DNA from: a virus
Length of the DNA: 64,000 nucleotides
IMG/VR virus record: IMGVR_UViG_3300021255_002737
Strand: one strand, 5' to 3'
A program made the translations under genes and the position numbers. A model generated the notes under the pieces. That model did no database searches. It was not told the origin of the DNA and was given only the letters and a program-made list of their open reading frames with translations. Below, piece by piece: positions 9,195 to 20,065 of the stretch (positions within the stretch are counted from its first letter, which is position 1; every line of letters begins with the position of its first letter).

Positions 9195-9400
9195 TTCACC
9201 TCCTGCAAGAACCGTGATATAACGTCGGTGTACTTGTTCTTTCCTCTACGCCAGATACAATACTTTTCTTTGTACGAACATTCAGATATTTTAATCTTAT
9301 GCTCACCGTATTGGAATACACCGACCTCTGGGGATGAGTCACTGTTCTTAAATGACTTCACATTCTCGATGCCATTAATAACGAACTTCAAGTAACGCAT
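9191..9400 (-). CDS. Hypothetical protein
   Basis: 69-aa ORF; first gene after the late-operon terminator. Confidence 0.55.
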   Translation of the reverse strand: MRYLKFVINGIENVKSFKNSDSSPEVGVFQYGEHKIKISECSYKEKYCIWRRGKNKYTDVISRFLQEVK

Positions 9401-9475
9401 CTCAAGATCACCTCCTTATGACAATACTCAGTATACATCGTATAACCATGATTGTCAATGGAAATTTTGTGTAGA

Positions 9476-9522
9476 CAACAAAAAAGCAGGGAGCCACCAG
9501 TATTTCTACTGATGAACTCCCT
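9476..9522 (-). terminator. Rho-independent terminator ending the structural/lysis operon
   Basis: Stem CAGGGAG (9486-9492) / CTCCCTG (9516-9522), followed on the minus strand by TTTTTTG. Confidence 0.7.
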
Positions 9523-9529
9523 GTATATA

Positions 9530-10093
9530 TTAGAAGAGAAGGACACCCAATGCGCCAACCCCTGCACCTGTAATGAATGCACCGATCTCGTGCTTGTGTC
9601 TCTTTTTCTTCTCGTCGGACTTAACCTTGGCAACCTCATTATCTTTTGCCTTGGTCAGTTCCTTGGTATTCTGGTCAACTGCCGTTTGTACTTCCTTTTG
9701 TACAATCGGTGTAACATCAAGAGTTACCTTAGATGTCTGGTCAACCTGTAGTTTCCCCTTGTCAAACTTCTGCGTCTCATTGTCTAATGTATCAAATTTT
9801 GTCTGCTGTCCATTGTAGTCCACGACAACCTGTGGCGGTTCCTTCGTGATCTGCACATCGGCATCCTGTGGCGTTTCCTTTTCGACATACTGAATCTGTG
9901 TCTTTGCTTCTGTCTCCACCGGAACCTTCACTTCTCGTACTTCGACCTTTGTCACAGGAACCTCTACGACATTCTTATTGAAATGAACACAAGCCTTCCA
10001 TCCACAGACAAAGGATACGACGATGACAAAAACAAACGTCACAATGAGCTTCCAGTGGTCAACAAGGAATCCCTTGACATTCTCCATAGTCAT
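9530..10093 (-). CDS. Membrane protein with N- and C-terminal TM helices (lysis-associated by position)
   Basis: 187-aa ORF whose start overlaps the amidase stop. Repetitive V/E/K-rich central region. Confidence 0.6.
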   Translation of the reverse strand: MTMENVKGFLVDHWKLIVTFVFVIVVSFVCGWKACVHFNKNVVEVPVTKVEVREVKVPVETEAKTQIQYVEKETPQDADVQITKEPPQVVVDYNGQQTKFDTLDNETQKFDKGKLQVDQTSKVTLDVTPIVQKEVQTAVDQNTKELTKAKDNEVAKVKSDEKKKRHKHEIGAFITGAGVGALGVLLF

Positions 10094-10680
10094 ACCTCCT
10101 GATTGCGATACCAGTTTGCTTTCCCCCTCAGTACATCTCCGCCACGGCTACCGTCAGTTGCATACGGATTGAACGAAGGGGATTCATTGGTTCCCAGGTA
10201 TTCCAAATCCCATCTTTGGCAATCTGCTTTCGGGCCATACGGATCATGCGGATAAATCCCATCTTCATTATCCGCGGCCTCACCGTGTGTTAACACGTGA
10301 TTCTTATCAATAGTCAACCAGAGTCCGTCTGCTACAGCGACAATGACCTGTGCCATCGCTTCAATCTGTGCATTCGTTGGTGGTTCACTGCCAAGATCGT
10401 CAGATGTAGCACCGACACAACATGCAAGTGTAATGCCAACCGCACCGCTATTCCGATGATATGTATGTGCAAGAACCTCGTCAAGGTCATGGTCTACATA
10501 GATAGAACCGTCAGCGTCAATGGCAATATGGTAGTCATTCAGGTAATACTGACCGTAATGCCCTGCTGTCCAGTGCAAGTAAATCTTCGGTTCTCTACCG
10601 TATGTCTGTGCCTGTCCCCAGATGGATTCACGGCAATTCTCTGCCATCTCTCTGATTTCCTCTACGGTAACTTGTCTCAT
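10090..10680 (-). CDS. N-acetylmuramoyl-L-alanine amidase (Amidase_2/PGRP-type endolysin)
   Basis: Motifs IYLHWTAGHYG, AHTYHRNSGAVGI and THGEAA. Sits immediately downstream of the holin genes. Confidence 0.75.
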   Translation of the reverse strand: MRQVTVEEIREMAENCRESIWGQAQTYGREPKIYLHWTAGHYGQYYLNDYHIAIDADGSIYVDHDLDEVLAHTYHRNSGAVGITLACCVGATSDDLGSEPPTNAQIEAMAQVIVAVADGLWLTIDKNHVLTHGEAADNEDGIYPHDPYGPKADCQRWDLEYLGTNESPSFNPYATDGSRGGDVLRGKANWYRNQEV

Positions 10681-10940
10681 TTACTATTACCTCCCCTGTA
10701 TGGCATGATACTCATTGGCGTATTCACGGTACTGTCGGTATTATACTTTGCCTGTGCAGCTCTAGCAATGCCATATACCGTAGCACCTGCCGTAGCAATC
10801 GTTGCAATGCCACTGATACCAACATTCAACTCAAAGTGATAGCCAAAGAGTCCATTAAGCCAAAAACACAATAAAATAGACAGACTCCACAATGACAATA
10901 GCGCCAATACCCATGCCCCTGCAAGGTATATCAACGTCAT
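10677..10940 (-). CDS. Holin (XhlB-like size, two TM helices); start uncertain
   Basis: From MTLIYLAGAWVLALLSLWSL it is 87 aa. The longer ORF reaching 11030 overlaps the upstream gene. Confidence 0.6.
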   Translation of the reverse strand: MTLIYLAGAWVLALLSLWSLSILLCFWLNGLFGYHFELNVGISGIATIATAGATVYGIARAAQAKYNTDSTVNTPMSIMPYRGGNSK

Positions 10941-10984
10941 GTGATTGGATTCTGCCCATCGCCCAAATTGCAAAACCTTGTCCT

Positions 10985-11230
10985 TCAACGGAATACCCCC
11001 CACAATGCAATGAGAGTAGCAATACCCCACACAAAGAGGTTCTTCGTGGTGAACATCTCGGTATCTGATTGTTCCAGATTACGGATACGCTCTTCGTGCT
11101 GCTCTAGTGTCTCCACGATCTCACTTGTTGCGCGTGACCGTTCACTGAGCATTACTTCGACTTTCGCTAGACGCTCAGAAATGTCACTGAGCTTCTCTAG
11201 CATCTTCACAACATCATTTGGTTCCATCAT
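10985..11230 (-). CDS. XhlA-like lysis protein (coiled coil plus C-terminal TM)
   Basis: 81 aa: N-terminal coiled coil then LFVWGIATLIALWGVF. Position matches PBSX xhlA-xhlB-xlyA. Confidence 0.65.
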   Translation of the reverse strand: MMEPNDVVKMLEKLSDISERLAKVEVMLSERSRATSEIVETLEQHEERIRNLEQSDTEMFTTKNLFVWGIATLIALWGVFR

Positions 11231-11382
11231 TTACTTTCCGTGTTTGGCGTTTCTTCTGTCTCCTCTTTTGTTTCCGGTACATATCCAATAACACACTCTG
11301 GATTCTGGCACGTACCATCCGCACGGAGCTTATGAGCGCAGTACGGACATCTCGGCGGTAATGTAAATTTCTTTCTAGCCAA
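11227..11382 (-). CDS. Possible zinc-ribbon protein, TTG start (51 aa)
   Basis: Own translation: (M)ARKKFTLPPRCPYCAHKLRADGTCQNPECVIGYVPETKEETEETPNTESK. GGAG lies 8 nt upstream of the TTG. The stop overlaps the next ATG. Confidence 0.4.
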   Translation of the reverse strand: MARKKFTLPPRCPYCAHKLRADGTCQNPECVIGYVPETKEETEETPNTESK

Positions 11383-11396
11383 TCAAATCACTCCAT

Positions 11397-11771
11397 TCAA
11401 TTCTCTCCATAGTATTCCTGCAAATCGGCATAGTCCTTCCGTACACTCGCAACGGCTTTATCGTCGTTTCTCAGCATAGCCACATTGAGGTTATCAATGC
11501 ATTCCTTCTGCATGGACTCATATTCCTCTTTCTCGATTTGCTCATCGGTCTTGAGCGGCTTTGGCGTGTACACACGGTATTGCCATGCACCATTCTTCCA
11601 TACCAGCTCATAGCCTTTCTTAGAGAGAGGAGGGACAACTGGTGTTGTGCGTGTCGGATAAATCCAATCACCGTTCTCTGCACGGTCTGTCGCATCGAGT
11701 ACAATGGCTTTCAGCAATACACCATCTGCATCGTACTGATAGACTACCTTGTTTTCTTTGATATTGAACAA
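11397..11771 (-). CDS. Hypothetical tail-fibre-associated protein (possible assembly chaperone, by position)
   Basis: 124-aa ORF with a TTG start after GGAGTG, directly downstream of the fibre genes. Confidence 0.55.
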   Translation of the reverse strand: MFNIKENKVVYQYDADGVLLKAIVLDATDRAENGDWIYPTRTTPVVPPLSKKGYELVWKNGAWQYRVYTPKPLKTDEQIEKEEYESMQKECIDNLNVAMLRNDDKAVASVRKDYADLQEYYGEN

Positions 11772-11900
11772 AATACATCACTCCTATTCAATTACTTCTC
11801 TCATTCGCATACGACATAGAAGTAGCCACGGTCATCTATTCATCAAAAGTAAAAAAATAACAGCTCGTCGATTGGGATAAACTGTAAAATATAGATTATG

Positions 11901-12686
11901 TTAAGGCACTACTTTGATAGCTAAATTACATTCTGTTTTGTTCGTTGAACATTCTATCAAGCATTTGCCAAGAGAAGAACTTTCGCTTAGTTCACCGGCC
12001 ACCACGTCAGCGCCCATGCCAATATCTCTGACATAAGAAAGCTGTACTGTTTCTGAAATCGTTTTAGTTCCTACCGTAACTGTAATAGAAACGTTGCAAT
12101 TGGAATAATGGTTTTTTACTCCAAGAAAGAGTTCTTTTCCATTAACTGTAACATAAGTTATTTCTGGCGTATCTGGAGACTGTGTTTTCACCTGGAAGCC
12201 ATAAAGGACAAACATAGGCATTTGACCGCTACCCCTCAAAGCCAGACTAACATCGGTAAAAGTAAGAGCAGGAATCAATGTAGCATCAGTGGCACTGATA
12301 ATCATCCTATTAGTTATTGTAACGTTATTTTTTATAAAACCTCCATTTGTAGTTTCTGAACCTTCTATTTCAGTTCCATTGATTGTAATTTTTCCTGTAT
12401 TATAGCCACTATCAGGGTTAAGTGAAATGTCTATGCTGTCTTGATATTCTGTTCTATAAACTGTATTGCCCGACGTATCTGCCGAAGAAGATAAACCTCT
12501 GCCGGATGACGTTATGGTCAATGTTTGATGTTCTTTCTGGATAACCGTGATGCTCTTCCGTGTATCAATATTTGTAATAGTATCAGCCATATCTGTTATT
12601 TTTATTTTGTCGGTAGAGCTGTTCTTAGCGCGTATAGCGTTAGCTATATCTGTCAGGTATTGTTCCGTTACTAATACTTTACTCAT
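11901..12686 (-). CDS. Tail fibre / receptor-binding protein candidate
   Basis: N-terminus VTEQYLTDIANAIRAKN is typical of Bacillota prophage fibre proteins. Distal position in the tail module. Confidence 0.6.
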   Translation of the reverse strand: MSKVLVTEQYLTDIANAIRAKNSSTDKIKITDMADTITNIDTRKSITVIQKEHQTLTITSSGRGLSSSADTSGNTVYRTEYQDSIDISLNPDSGYNTGKITINGTEIEGSETTNGGFIKNNVTITNRMIISATDATLIPALTFTDVSLALRGSGQMPMFVLYGFQVKTQSPDTPEITYVTVNGKELFLGVKNHYSNCNVSITVTVGTKTISETVQLSYVRDIGMGADVVAGELSESSSLGKCLIECSTNKTECNLAIKVVP

Positions 12687-12697
12687 ATCTTACCTCC

Positions 12698-14392
12698 TCA
12701 ATAACTCTTATCATCTGCATCGATGAGAGCGGCTAAGGCAGAATCTACATATTTCTTAACGCCATCGCTTGTCACTGGATTACTGGAATTAGCCGTAGGA
12801 GCTATATCAAAGGTTAGAGTATTTTGTTTCGCTGACAATTCTGCTTTAGTGGCATATGTGTTTACGATATTCGCACCATTACCGTCCTGCGTCGCTTTTG
12901 TTGCTGTGCCCTTCAAATCACCGGTAAGGGTAGTTGCAGTCACGCTGTTGAACCTGACGTCCTTACCAAGCTCTGCAAACAGACTCATATCTACGGAACC
13001 ACCAAGGTTATCCCAGCTCTCGCCGTTCCAGACAAGGTTATCTCCTGCATTTACACCATGTGCCTTATCAGCGTTCTTCACGTTATATGAATAACCTACT
13101 TGTGGATTTGTCGGCAAATCGGAGTAATTATCTACAGAACCTTGATAAGTAATTATCTTAGACAATGATTCTTTCGCTGCTTCTACATCGGCCAGAGATT
13201 TCTCTGCATTAGCCTTCGCTGTATCGACAATGGATTGAATTGCCTGTGCTGCTGCAAGTGCTTCTTGGGCTTTCTGCATGTATTCCTTTGCTGTATCCAT
13301 GTATGACTTAGCGTTAGATTCAGATACAGCTGCATTAGATTTCGATGCGCTTGCATTGGTCTCCGATGTCAACGCGCTAGATGCAGACTTAGCCGCATTG
13401 GTTTCAGAGGTTTTCGCCTTGTCCTCGGAAGCCTTTGCTGCAGTTGCTCTATCTTTAGAATATAATGCCCATGTTCTACTTGATTGAGTTTTACCAGTAG
13501 AGCTATTAGAGTCAGCTACATTATCAGGGGAAGTTATTGAAGCAGCCCATGCTTTTGATAAATTCATCGAATCGGAAGAAGATTTAGCTGATGTTGCCGA
13601 AGAAGTTGCAGAAGATGATGCATTCGTCTCAGATACTTTTGCATTGGCTTCACTTGTAGCGGCGTCCGATGCGCTCTTTGCACCTTTCGATGCGTTATCT
13701 GATGCTTCGTTCGCCTTATTTGTTGCTACGGTTAAATAGTCAGAAATAGACTGTTCCAGTTCCTTATTGGAGGCATTGAGTTTTTCTACTTTCTCGATAT
13801 AAGTCTTAATCTCTGCAATGGTATTATTGATTTCTGTACTCTTATTTGTAATATCATCATAATACGCTTTTGCATTTGTCTCAGAGCTTTTAGCGTTGGT
13901 CTCGCTTGTCTTGGCATTAGAAGCACTAGTAGATGCGCTATTGGCCCTATTAGTTGCCATAGTAACATTGTCAGCTGTTTGCTTTTGCAGTGCATCGATT
14001 TGTTTGAGATATTCCTGTATCTCACTAATAGTTGTACTAACGGCAATGGCCTTGTCGCTATATGTTTTTGCCTGTGATGCACTATCGGCAGCGGCCTGTG
14101 CTTGCTTCTTTGCTTCTTCTGCTTGAGCTTTGGCTGTTGCCTCACCAAAAGAAGAATCGTTCTTCATGGTGTTATACATATCAGTCACAGACTGTTTGAT
14201 GGCAATCAAATCGGAAGTATCTTTTACATCATCGATATTCTCTTTTAACCATCGTAAATCCTCAGCGATAATGTCATAGATACCGCTGTTATCTGATGTA
14301 GCAAAAGGGCTATTCTTGCCCACTACACCGTCTTTCGTTATTGTATCATTGGCATCACGCTGTTCTAAATATTGGAATCCCGCATTTAGCAT
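12698..14392 (-). CDS. Tail fibre protein with a long Ala/Ser-rich repetitive coiled coil
   Basis: 564 aa with many SETNAK/ASxSA repeats and a globular C-terminus. Confidence 0.7.
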   Translation of the reverse strand: MLNAGFQYLEQRDANDTITKDGVVGKNSPFATSDNSGIYDIIAEDLRWLKENIDDVKDTSDLIAIKQSVTDMYNTMKNDSSFGEATAKAQAEEAKKQAQAAADSASQAKTYSDKAIAVSTTISEIQEYLKQIDALQKQTADNVTMATNRANSASTSASNAKTSETNAKSSETNAKAYYDDITNKSTEINNTIAEIKTYIEKVEKLNASNKELEQSISDYLTVATNKANEASDNASKGAKSASDAATSEANAKVSETNASSSATSSATSAKSSSDSMNLSKAWAASITSPDNVADSNSSTGKTQSSRTWALYSKDRATAAKASEDKAKTSETNAAKSASSALTSETNASASKSNAAVSESNAKSYMDTAKEYMQKAQEALAAAQAIQSIVDTAKANAEKSLADVEAAKESLSKIITYQGSVDNYSDLPTNPQVGYSYNVKNADKAHGVNAGDNLVWNGESWDNLGGSVDMSLFAELGKDVRFNSVTATTLTGDLKGTATKATQDGNGANIVNTYATKAELSAKQNTLTFDIAPTANSSNPVTSDGVKKYVDSALAALIDADDKSY

Positions 14393-14413
14393 TTATATCA
14401 CATCCTTATTTTA

Positions 14414-17400
14414 TTAACTATTACTGATTGTGTATGGGCTGTTATGCTGGTCTGTACACAGGAAAAATGCATTACCAGAAGCAAGAGGTACGTCTGCTGT
14501 GGTATTGAAAGAATAAGAAGATAGGGATATTCTCGAACGAATAGAAGCACTGCTGGCAACATGATGGCCGTAACTATCTTTAGGATTAAGATGTGTCTCT
14601 ACTTGTAATTTAATCGTGCCACTTTGGTTAATCTTGACTGTTGTCGTGTACGAAGTGGACTGGTCACCACCCATGCTTGAAAGGTTAGCTAATGTTTGTT
14701 GTTTAATAACATTATTATCCTTGAATACAGATAATGACACTGTTAAATTACTGCCCCTTCTAAGGACATTATTCTCATTGTCGGTTGTTGTGCTTCCATA
14801 AGCTACAACATCTACTTTTATTACTATAGACGTTTCTGTCGCATCTTCTGGTACTTCTATTGTTTTACTCGATGTCTTTGTTCCATAATAATTCTCGCTA
14901 TCGCGAGAAGAACTCCAACCGGTAGTCAGATTGCCTTCCCGTAGCTCTACATTGCCATCTACGTTTTCTATATATGCATTTACAGGAACACTACTGCCAG
15001 ACCCTGCCTTAAGGACCGTGCGGCAAACCGCTTGGAACCCATTGTTTGTCACATTCTGCGCTCTGCAATCTAAATACAAATTTGTGCTATTATACCCCGG
15101 GATAGCTGTCTGTAGGCTAATTGGTGTAATAATGACATTCGGCGCATTTTTCCACGGTTTTGTAAATTTAATCCATTGTCCATCTTTTACCGTTCCCATG
15201 ACCATTGCGCCGACCATTGCAAAAGTATTGCCATTACCGTCGTGAAATTCCATACCATTTGAGCCGTGTACAACATACGAACCATCATTGCCACGTACAG
15301 TAAGGCCATTGGTATCAAGTGTTGCGCCGCCGCCTTTAATCCCCTGATTAGCAGTGAGTTCCATTGTACTAGCACTCAATTTATCAGCAGTAATAGCTCC
15401 TGCGGCTATCATGCCACGTACAACGACATTATTGTCAAAATGAGTATCGCCAGTGATATGTATCTTTTTGCCGTCGATGAGAATAGATTCTTTGCTAATA
15501 TTGATTTGATTGATAACATCATTTTTAGACACTCTTAGTGCAATATTGTTATCCAATTGAGCGATAGCACTGTAATTTTTCTTTGCTTTGGTCGAATCGG
15601 AGAGGTTTGTGACAACCGATGTAATACTATTGGCATTCTGCGTGATGCGCGACGACAGCCCAGAAATCTGATTGTTAGCATCGGTGTGATAGTTTTGCAC
15701 AGTAGAACTCAATGAATTTGCATTTTGTTTGATTTGGGAAATCTGAGTATCTGTAGCACTTTTATTGCTCTGTACTGTAGATGTCAATCCATTGATATCA
15801 ACCTTGAGCTGTGAAATAGACTTATACGCGCTCTTAGACGGGTCAGTGTTGTTAAGATTATTCTCGATAGTTACCTTTACGTTGTCAGCCTTTTGCGATA
15901 CTTGGGAAATGGCACTGTCTGAGTTTGTCTTGTTAGTCTGAACAGTAGACTTTATTTCGTTAGCGGTTTGAGATAACTGTGATATAGACTTGTATGCACT
16001 CTTAGATGGGTCGGTGTTGTTAAGGTTCAGTACAACGGATTTAATAGCACTGTCATTTTGCGAAATTAATGATGCGTGCTCTTGATTAACACCATCCTGT
16101 GTAGACTTATTGGTGGCAATTATTGATTCTAACTTTCCGTCTTTTTTGTTTAGCTCTTGAATTGACTTATATCCATTCGCGTCCGATGGAGACAGGTTTA
16201 ACTTGTTGTTGATATTTGCTATATCATTGTTTAAGTCAGATTTAGCCACGGATATATCATTGTTGATATCGGATATATCATTGTTGATATCGGCTATGTC
16301 ATTGTCTACTCCATCGAGCCTCGGAATAGCCTGTTGTGCATCTGATACGGCATCTTGGATTTCCTTATCGACTTTCTTGAGCGATATTGCTTCATCTTTA
16401 AGCCACTCAGGATTCATCTCTGGTTTTATCGTATAAGCATATTTTACCGATGTGTATCCTTCGCCCATCATGTCAACGTAAGAAGCCCAGAAATTGTAAA
16501 TATCAGGTTCGCCGTTGAATGTATACGATGCATTATTCAAATCGAACGACTTAGAAATGTTATGTCCTTCTACATAGAGACGCATGGATTTGACACGAGC
16601 AGGGAACGGAGCAACCAGAACATTAACACCGCGTAGTGCTTCGGTGAAGTGAATGTAGCTCGGTGCATCTGGCTTTGGATAATTGTATGTTACTTTCGCA
16701 GGATAGCTATATTTCTTTAGCGTATTCACACTATATACATAGACTGTTCCTTTGCGTTCCATCAGATTCACATCGATAGAAGTGGACTGTGTTTTACCAA
16801 GCAATCCTACAGGAGAGCCAACGTTTGTATCCGTGCGAACTTCATAGTACATTACATCAGAATCAGGGACATCCGACCACTTAAACGTAAAAGCGCTCGT
16901 GAAATCGTAGGTGAGATTGTATGGCTGCGAAGGTACAGTCTCTTTTGCCGTCACCTTAATAGTCACTGTTGGTGCAGATGCTTCCGATGAAATCAGACCG
17001 TCAGTTGTACGGCTTTGCACACGGAACTCATAGACATCGCCAACCTTTGCATTAGGGATAACGATTTTTGTAGGACTATCTCCTGCATATATCCATTCTC
17101 TCGATAAGCCAACAGAGTCAACAACTTCGCCTTGTTTGAATGTCCCAATTTGAGCAGCAGTCATATGATTGGTCTTATAGTAAACCAACCCTGTCTCTAC
17201 ATCGTATCTCTGGGGAAGCTCATAAGAACAGATAACGTCATAGCCCGTTGTACCATCTTCGTACCGTCTATACTGCGTATATGCTTTGAGGTTCACTGGA
17301 TTCGACGGAGTACGCTTCTCGACGGTCTGTGTCGTATCTGTGTAGTTATACCAATGTATGCCACCGCCTAACGCATCGCCATAGATAGTATCGTTGTACT

Positions 17401-19261
17401 GACGGCCAGTGATGTCGAATTTACCATCGTCATCCTGTTTGATCTCCGTGATTCTCACAGGAAGTTCCGTAAATACACCATGATAACTAATGGTTACAAC
17501 ATCGCCCGGTTCAAGGTGCATACCGTTGATACCTGTTTTCCACGAAAGAGTCAATGGACAAGCAAGGTTTTGGTCACGGTAAAAACGTGCTAATCGTAAT
17601 GCTTGATATTGAGATGTCGTGCCATTCAGGTTGACTTCCTTGGTGATTATCTTCTGGCGTTCCTTTTGGTCAGCATAATCTTCAACATTACAAGCAACCG
17701 TTGTCCAGTTGTTACGCGGGTCAATGATTTTCACAACGTATTTATTCGGGGTATCATTCAGACTCAATGGCGTAACACTCAGGTCAGAGCAGTTATCGTC
17801 ATTGAATTTGTACGAGATGTCCGTTTGGCTTTCAATGTGAAGTTTGAATTTGCCATTGGTAAGCGTAAGATAACCCTGAAAGTTTGCAAGGATTTCCTGT
17901 AACCAACCCAATGCGTTACTTTTTTGGTCAATGACCATGTTGAGTTCAAAACGCTTTGCCTTGACGATAGCACCGGATGCATCAAGGAAACTGATTTCTT
18001 CATCACAGTAATCTGCTGCTTTATTCCATGAATCCTCATCAAGATCGTCAGAGGAAATCCAACGGCCTAATCCGTAGCGTTTCGACAGCATAAAGTCACG
18101 CAGACACATGGCTGGGTTAGTGCTATATGCTGTTTTCTTTGTACGAGTATCGTATACCTTCTTGCCCATGACTACAGCAGACACGCTAGGATTACCGTTG
18201 AGTTCATTGGAAACAATGAAATTCATGTCGAGCCACGCCATCGCAGGATAACCGCCAACGGTATCATAGTTCTCTGGAGTGTCACCGTCGTGGAATGTGT
18301 AACTTGTACCGCCACGGACAGTACTTGCACAGAAATTGACGAAACCATGTGTTGCATCTAGTGCTACATAGTTCTTCTGTTGCCAACGATGGTTGTTCCC
18401 AAAGATTTTACTGAATGGCGTGTCCGTATAAACAACACCCTCAACGTCCCATAAGTCACCTGGGTAATTATTCGTGGCAGCACATGGAAACGCTTGCCAT
18501 CCTTCTGCATACAGCTGATTGATATACGAGATTAACGAGGAGACTGACACCTGGTATTCCCAGTACGTGTCATGGCTGTTCTCTACTTCACTCTTTGTAC
18601 ACAGATGGATATGATGATGGCTGTCTCCTGCCCACAAGTCAAAGTCAGAGCCATGTTTCCGTACACGAGCATCTGGATGCTTATTGTTCATCAAGGTGAA
18701 CACCGTGTTGCCAGTCTGAGAGCCTGTAGGGATAATCATATCGTTTGCAGTGACAGACACAACACCTTCAATACCACCCTCACAGAGCACTACATGTTTG
18801 TGCAATGTATTTGCGTCGGCATTCGTTTGGTGAAACGTCTGATTGCCACTGATCTGGCGTGTGCCATATACGATAGGAATCTGCCCATCTGAACTCATGG
18901 ACTCTTGTGCTCTATCAAAGCGGGAAACATCGGCAGAGCCATTGGAATCCACATTCTGTTGATGCGTTGCACTCCATACAGAGCCAAACAAAGATGCACC
19001 CATGACACCTGCTGCAAATGCCTTGGCACCAAACAGCCACGGAGTTGTAAAACCAACAATGAAACCTGCAATGCTTGCGAATATCTTGCCGCCGGACTTG
19101 CCATGATGGTGTCCAAAACGCTGTAGGTCGAACGTTGCGGTATGGTTCATGGCATGTTCATATAAGTACCTAAGATGACCATCGGACATGGCATTACGAG
19201 CCTTGTGGACGTTCGCCTTTTGTTCTTCTGTCATCAACCCTGTTAAATCAAATCTATCCAA
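14414..19261 (-). CDS. Host-specificity / central tail fibre protein (lambda gpJ-like)
   Basis: 1615 aa. FN3-like segment (PSQPYNLTYDF...WSDVPDSDVMYYEVRT). Internal duplicated NLNNTDPSKSAYKSISQL. Position follows the gpL/gpK-like genes. Confidence 0.75.
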   Translation of the reverse strand: MDRFDLTGLMTEEQKANVHKARNAMSDGHLRYLYEHAMNHTATFDLQRFGHHHGKSGGKIFASIAGFIVGFTTPWLFGAKAFAAGVMGASLFGSVWSATHQQNVDSNGSADVSRFDRAQESMSSDGQIPIVYGTRQISGNQTFHQTNADANTLHKHVVLCEGGIEGVVSVTANDMIIPTGSQTGNTVFTLMNNKHPDARVRKHGSDFDLWAGDSHHHIHLCTKSEVENSHDTYWEYQVSVSSLISYINQLYAEGWQAFPCAATNNYPGDLWDVEGVVYTDTPFSKIFGNNHRWQQKNYVALDATHGFVNFCASTVRGGTSYTFHDGDTPENYDTVGGYPAMAWLDMNFIVSNELNGNPSVSAVVMGKKVYDTRTKKTAYSTNPAMCLRDFMLSKRYGLGRWISSDDLDEDSWNKAADYCDEEISFLDASGAIVKAKRFELNMVIDQKSNALGWLQEILANFQGYLTLTNGKFKLHIESQTDISYKFNDDNCSDLSVTPLSLNDTPNKYVVKIIDPRNNWTTVACNVEDYADQKERQKIITKEVNLNGTTSQYQALRLARFYRDQNLACPLTLSWKTGINGMHLEPGDVVTISYHGVFTELPVRITEIKQDDDGKFDITGRQYNDTIYGDALGGGIHWYNYTDTTQTVEKRTPSNPVNLKAYTQYRRYEDGTTGYDVICSYELPQRYDVETGLVYYKTNHMTAAQIGTFKQGEVVDSVGLSREWIYAGDSPTKIVIPNAKVGDVYEFRVQSRTTDGLISSEASAPTVTIKVTAKETVPSQPYNLTYDFTSAFTFKWSDVPDSDVMYYEVRTDTNVGSPVGLLGKTQSTSIDVNLMERKGTVYVYSVNTLKKYSYPAKVTYNYPKPDAPSYIHFTEALRGVNVLVAPFPARVKSMRLYVEGHNISKSFDLNNASYTFNGEPDIYNFWASYVDMMGEGYTSVKYAYTIKPEMNPEWLKDEAISLKKVDKEIQDAVSDAQQAIPRLDGVDNDIADINNDISDINNDISVAKSDLNNDIANINNKLNLSPSDANGYKSIQELNKKDGKLESIIATNKSTQDGVNQEHASLISQNDSAIKSVVLNLNNTDPSKSAYKSISQLSQTANEIKSTVQTNKTNSDSAISQVSQKADNVKVTIENNLNNTDPSKSAYKSISQLKVDINGLTSTVQSNKSATDTQISQIKQNANSLSSTVQNYHTDANNQISGLSSRITQNANSITSVVTNLSDSTKAKKNYSAIAQLDNNIALRVSKNDVINQINISKESILIDGKKIHITGDTHFDNNVVVRGMIAAGAITADKLSASTMELTANQGIKGGGATLDTNGLTVRGNDGSYVVHGSNGMEFHDGNGNTFAMVGAMVMGTVKDGQWIKFTKPWKNAPNVIITPISLQTAIPGYNSTNLYLDCRAQNVTNNGFQAVCRTVLKAGSGSSVPVNAYIENVDGNVELREGNLTTGWSSSRDSENYYGTKTSSKTIEVPEDATETSIVIKVDVVAYGSTTTDNENNVLRRGSNLTVSLSVFKDNNVIKQQTLANLSSMGGDQSTSYTTTVKINQSGTIKLQVETHLNPKDSYGHHVASSASIRSRISLSSYSFNTTADVPLASGNAFFLCTDQHNSPYTISNS

Positions 19262-19273
19262 TTTCTCACCACC

Positions 19274-20065
19274 TTAATGATAATTGCTTTCAAACGGAAT
19301 TGCAGGGAAACCGCTGTAGTGCTTCATGTTGCCAAACGCACGGCACGCTTCAACGGTCTTATTGCAACCTCTACGGAGTGTCGCAGAATGTCCCGTGATG
19401 TCCTGCACAAAGTTGACATTGAGTGTCACGGTATTCCCTGAACTTTGCGTGATGATCCTAGATTCACCACCAACGGAAATCACACCGTCTTTCCAGTAGT
19501 TTTTGTCATGGCTCTTTTCCAGTGTCACATCATTGGACGCTGTAGATTGTACAAGCATCGTTTCCTCTGCAAGGCTCATGCCACATTCAGCATCGCCAAA
19601 CTCACTATTGCACGCCATACGGAAGTTACGGTTAGGACATTCAATCTCAGGGAGTCTGCTCTTGACCTTACACGTGAACTCACCATTGGTATACGATGGT
19701 TCATCAATGTATCCCGCAAAGACAGGCTGTGCAATCGTTGGGTCTTTGAGTGAATCTGGATATTGGATACGGAAAATCATGGCATTGCATCCACGGAAAT
19801 CAAAGCCCTCGATGACATACTTGAGTGCTTCATAGGTGCAATCACCGAGACTTACCTCGCAGGAGTCCGTGAGATTATCCATGCTTGTCGTGATTTCTCC
19901 ACGCTGAAATGGAACAGCGGTGTATTCTTCGTTGTTATACAAGATATTCTCATCGGTTGCCGCAATACGCATGACACCATCACGAAGTTGTAAGATATAC
20001 AACTCAATGAAAAATGGATTGCCAGATTCTTTTGCCTTTGCCATAGAAACTGGTAATGTAATCAA
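19274..20065 (-). CDS. Tail tip protein, DUF2163/BR0599-like
   Basis: C-terminus CNKTVEACRAFGNMKHYSGFPAIP. Start is either TTG at 20065 (GGAGGG 6 nt upstream, TTGA overlap) or ATG at 20044. Confidence 0.6.
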   Translation of the reverse strand: MITLPVSMAKAKESGNPFFIELYILQLRDGVMRIAATDENILYNNEEYTAVPFQRGEITTSMDNLTDSCEVSLGDCTYEALKYVIEGFDFRGCNAMIFRIQYPDSLKDPTIAQPVFAGYIDEPSYTNGEFTCKVKSRLPEIECPNRNFRMACNSEFGDAECGMSLAEETMLVQSTASNDVTLEKSHDKNYWKDGVISVGGESRIITQSSGNTVTLNVNFVQDITGHSATLRRGCNKTVEACRAFGNMKHYSGFPAIPFESNYH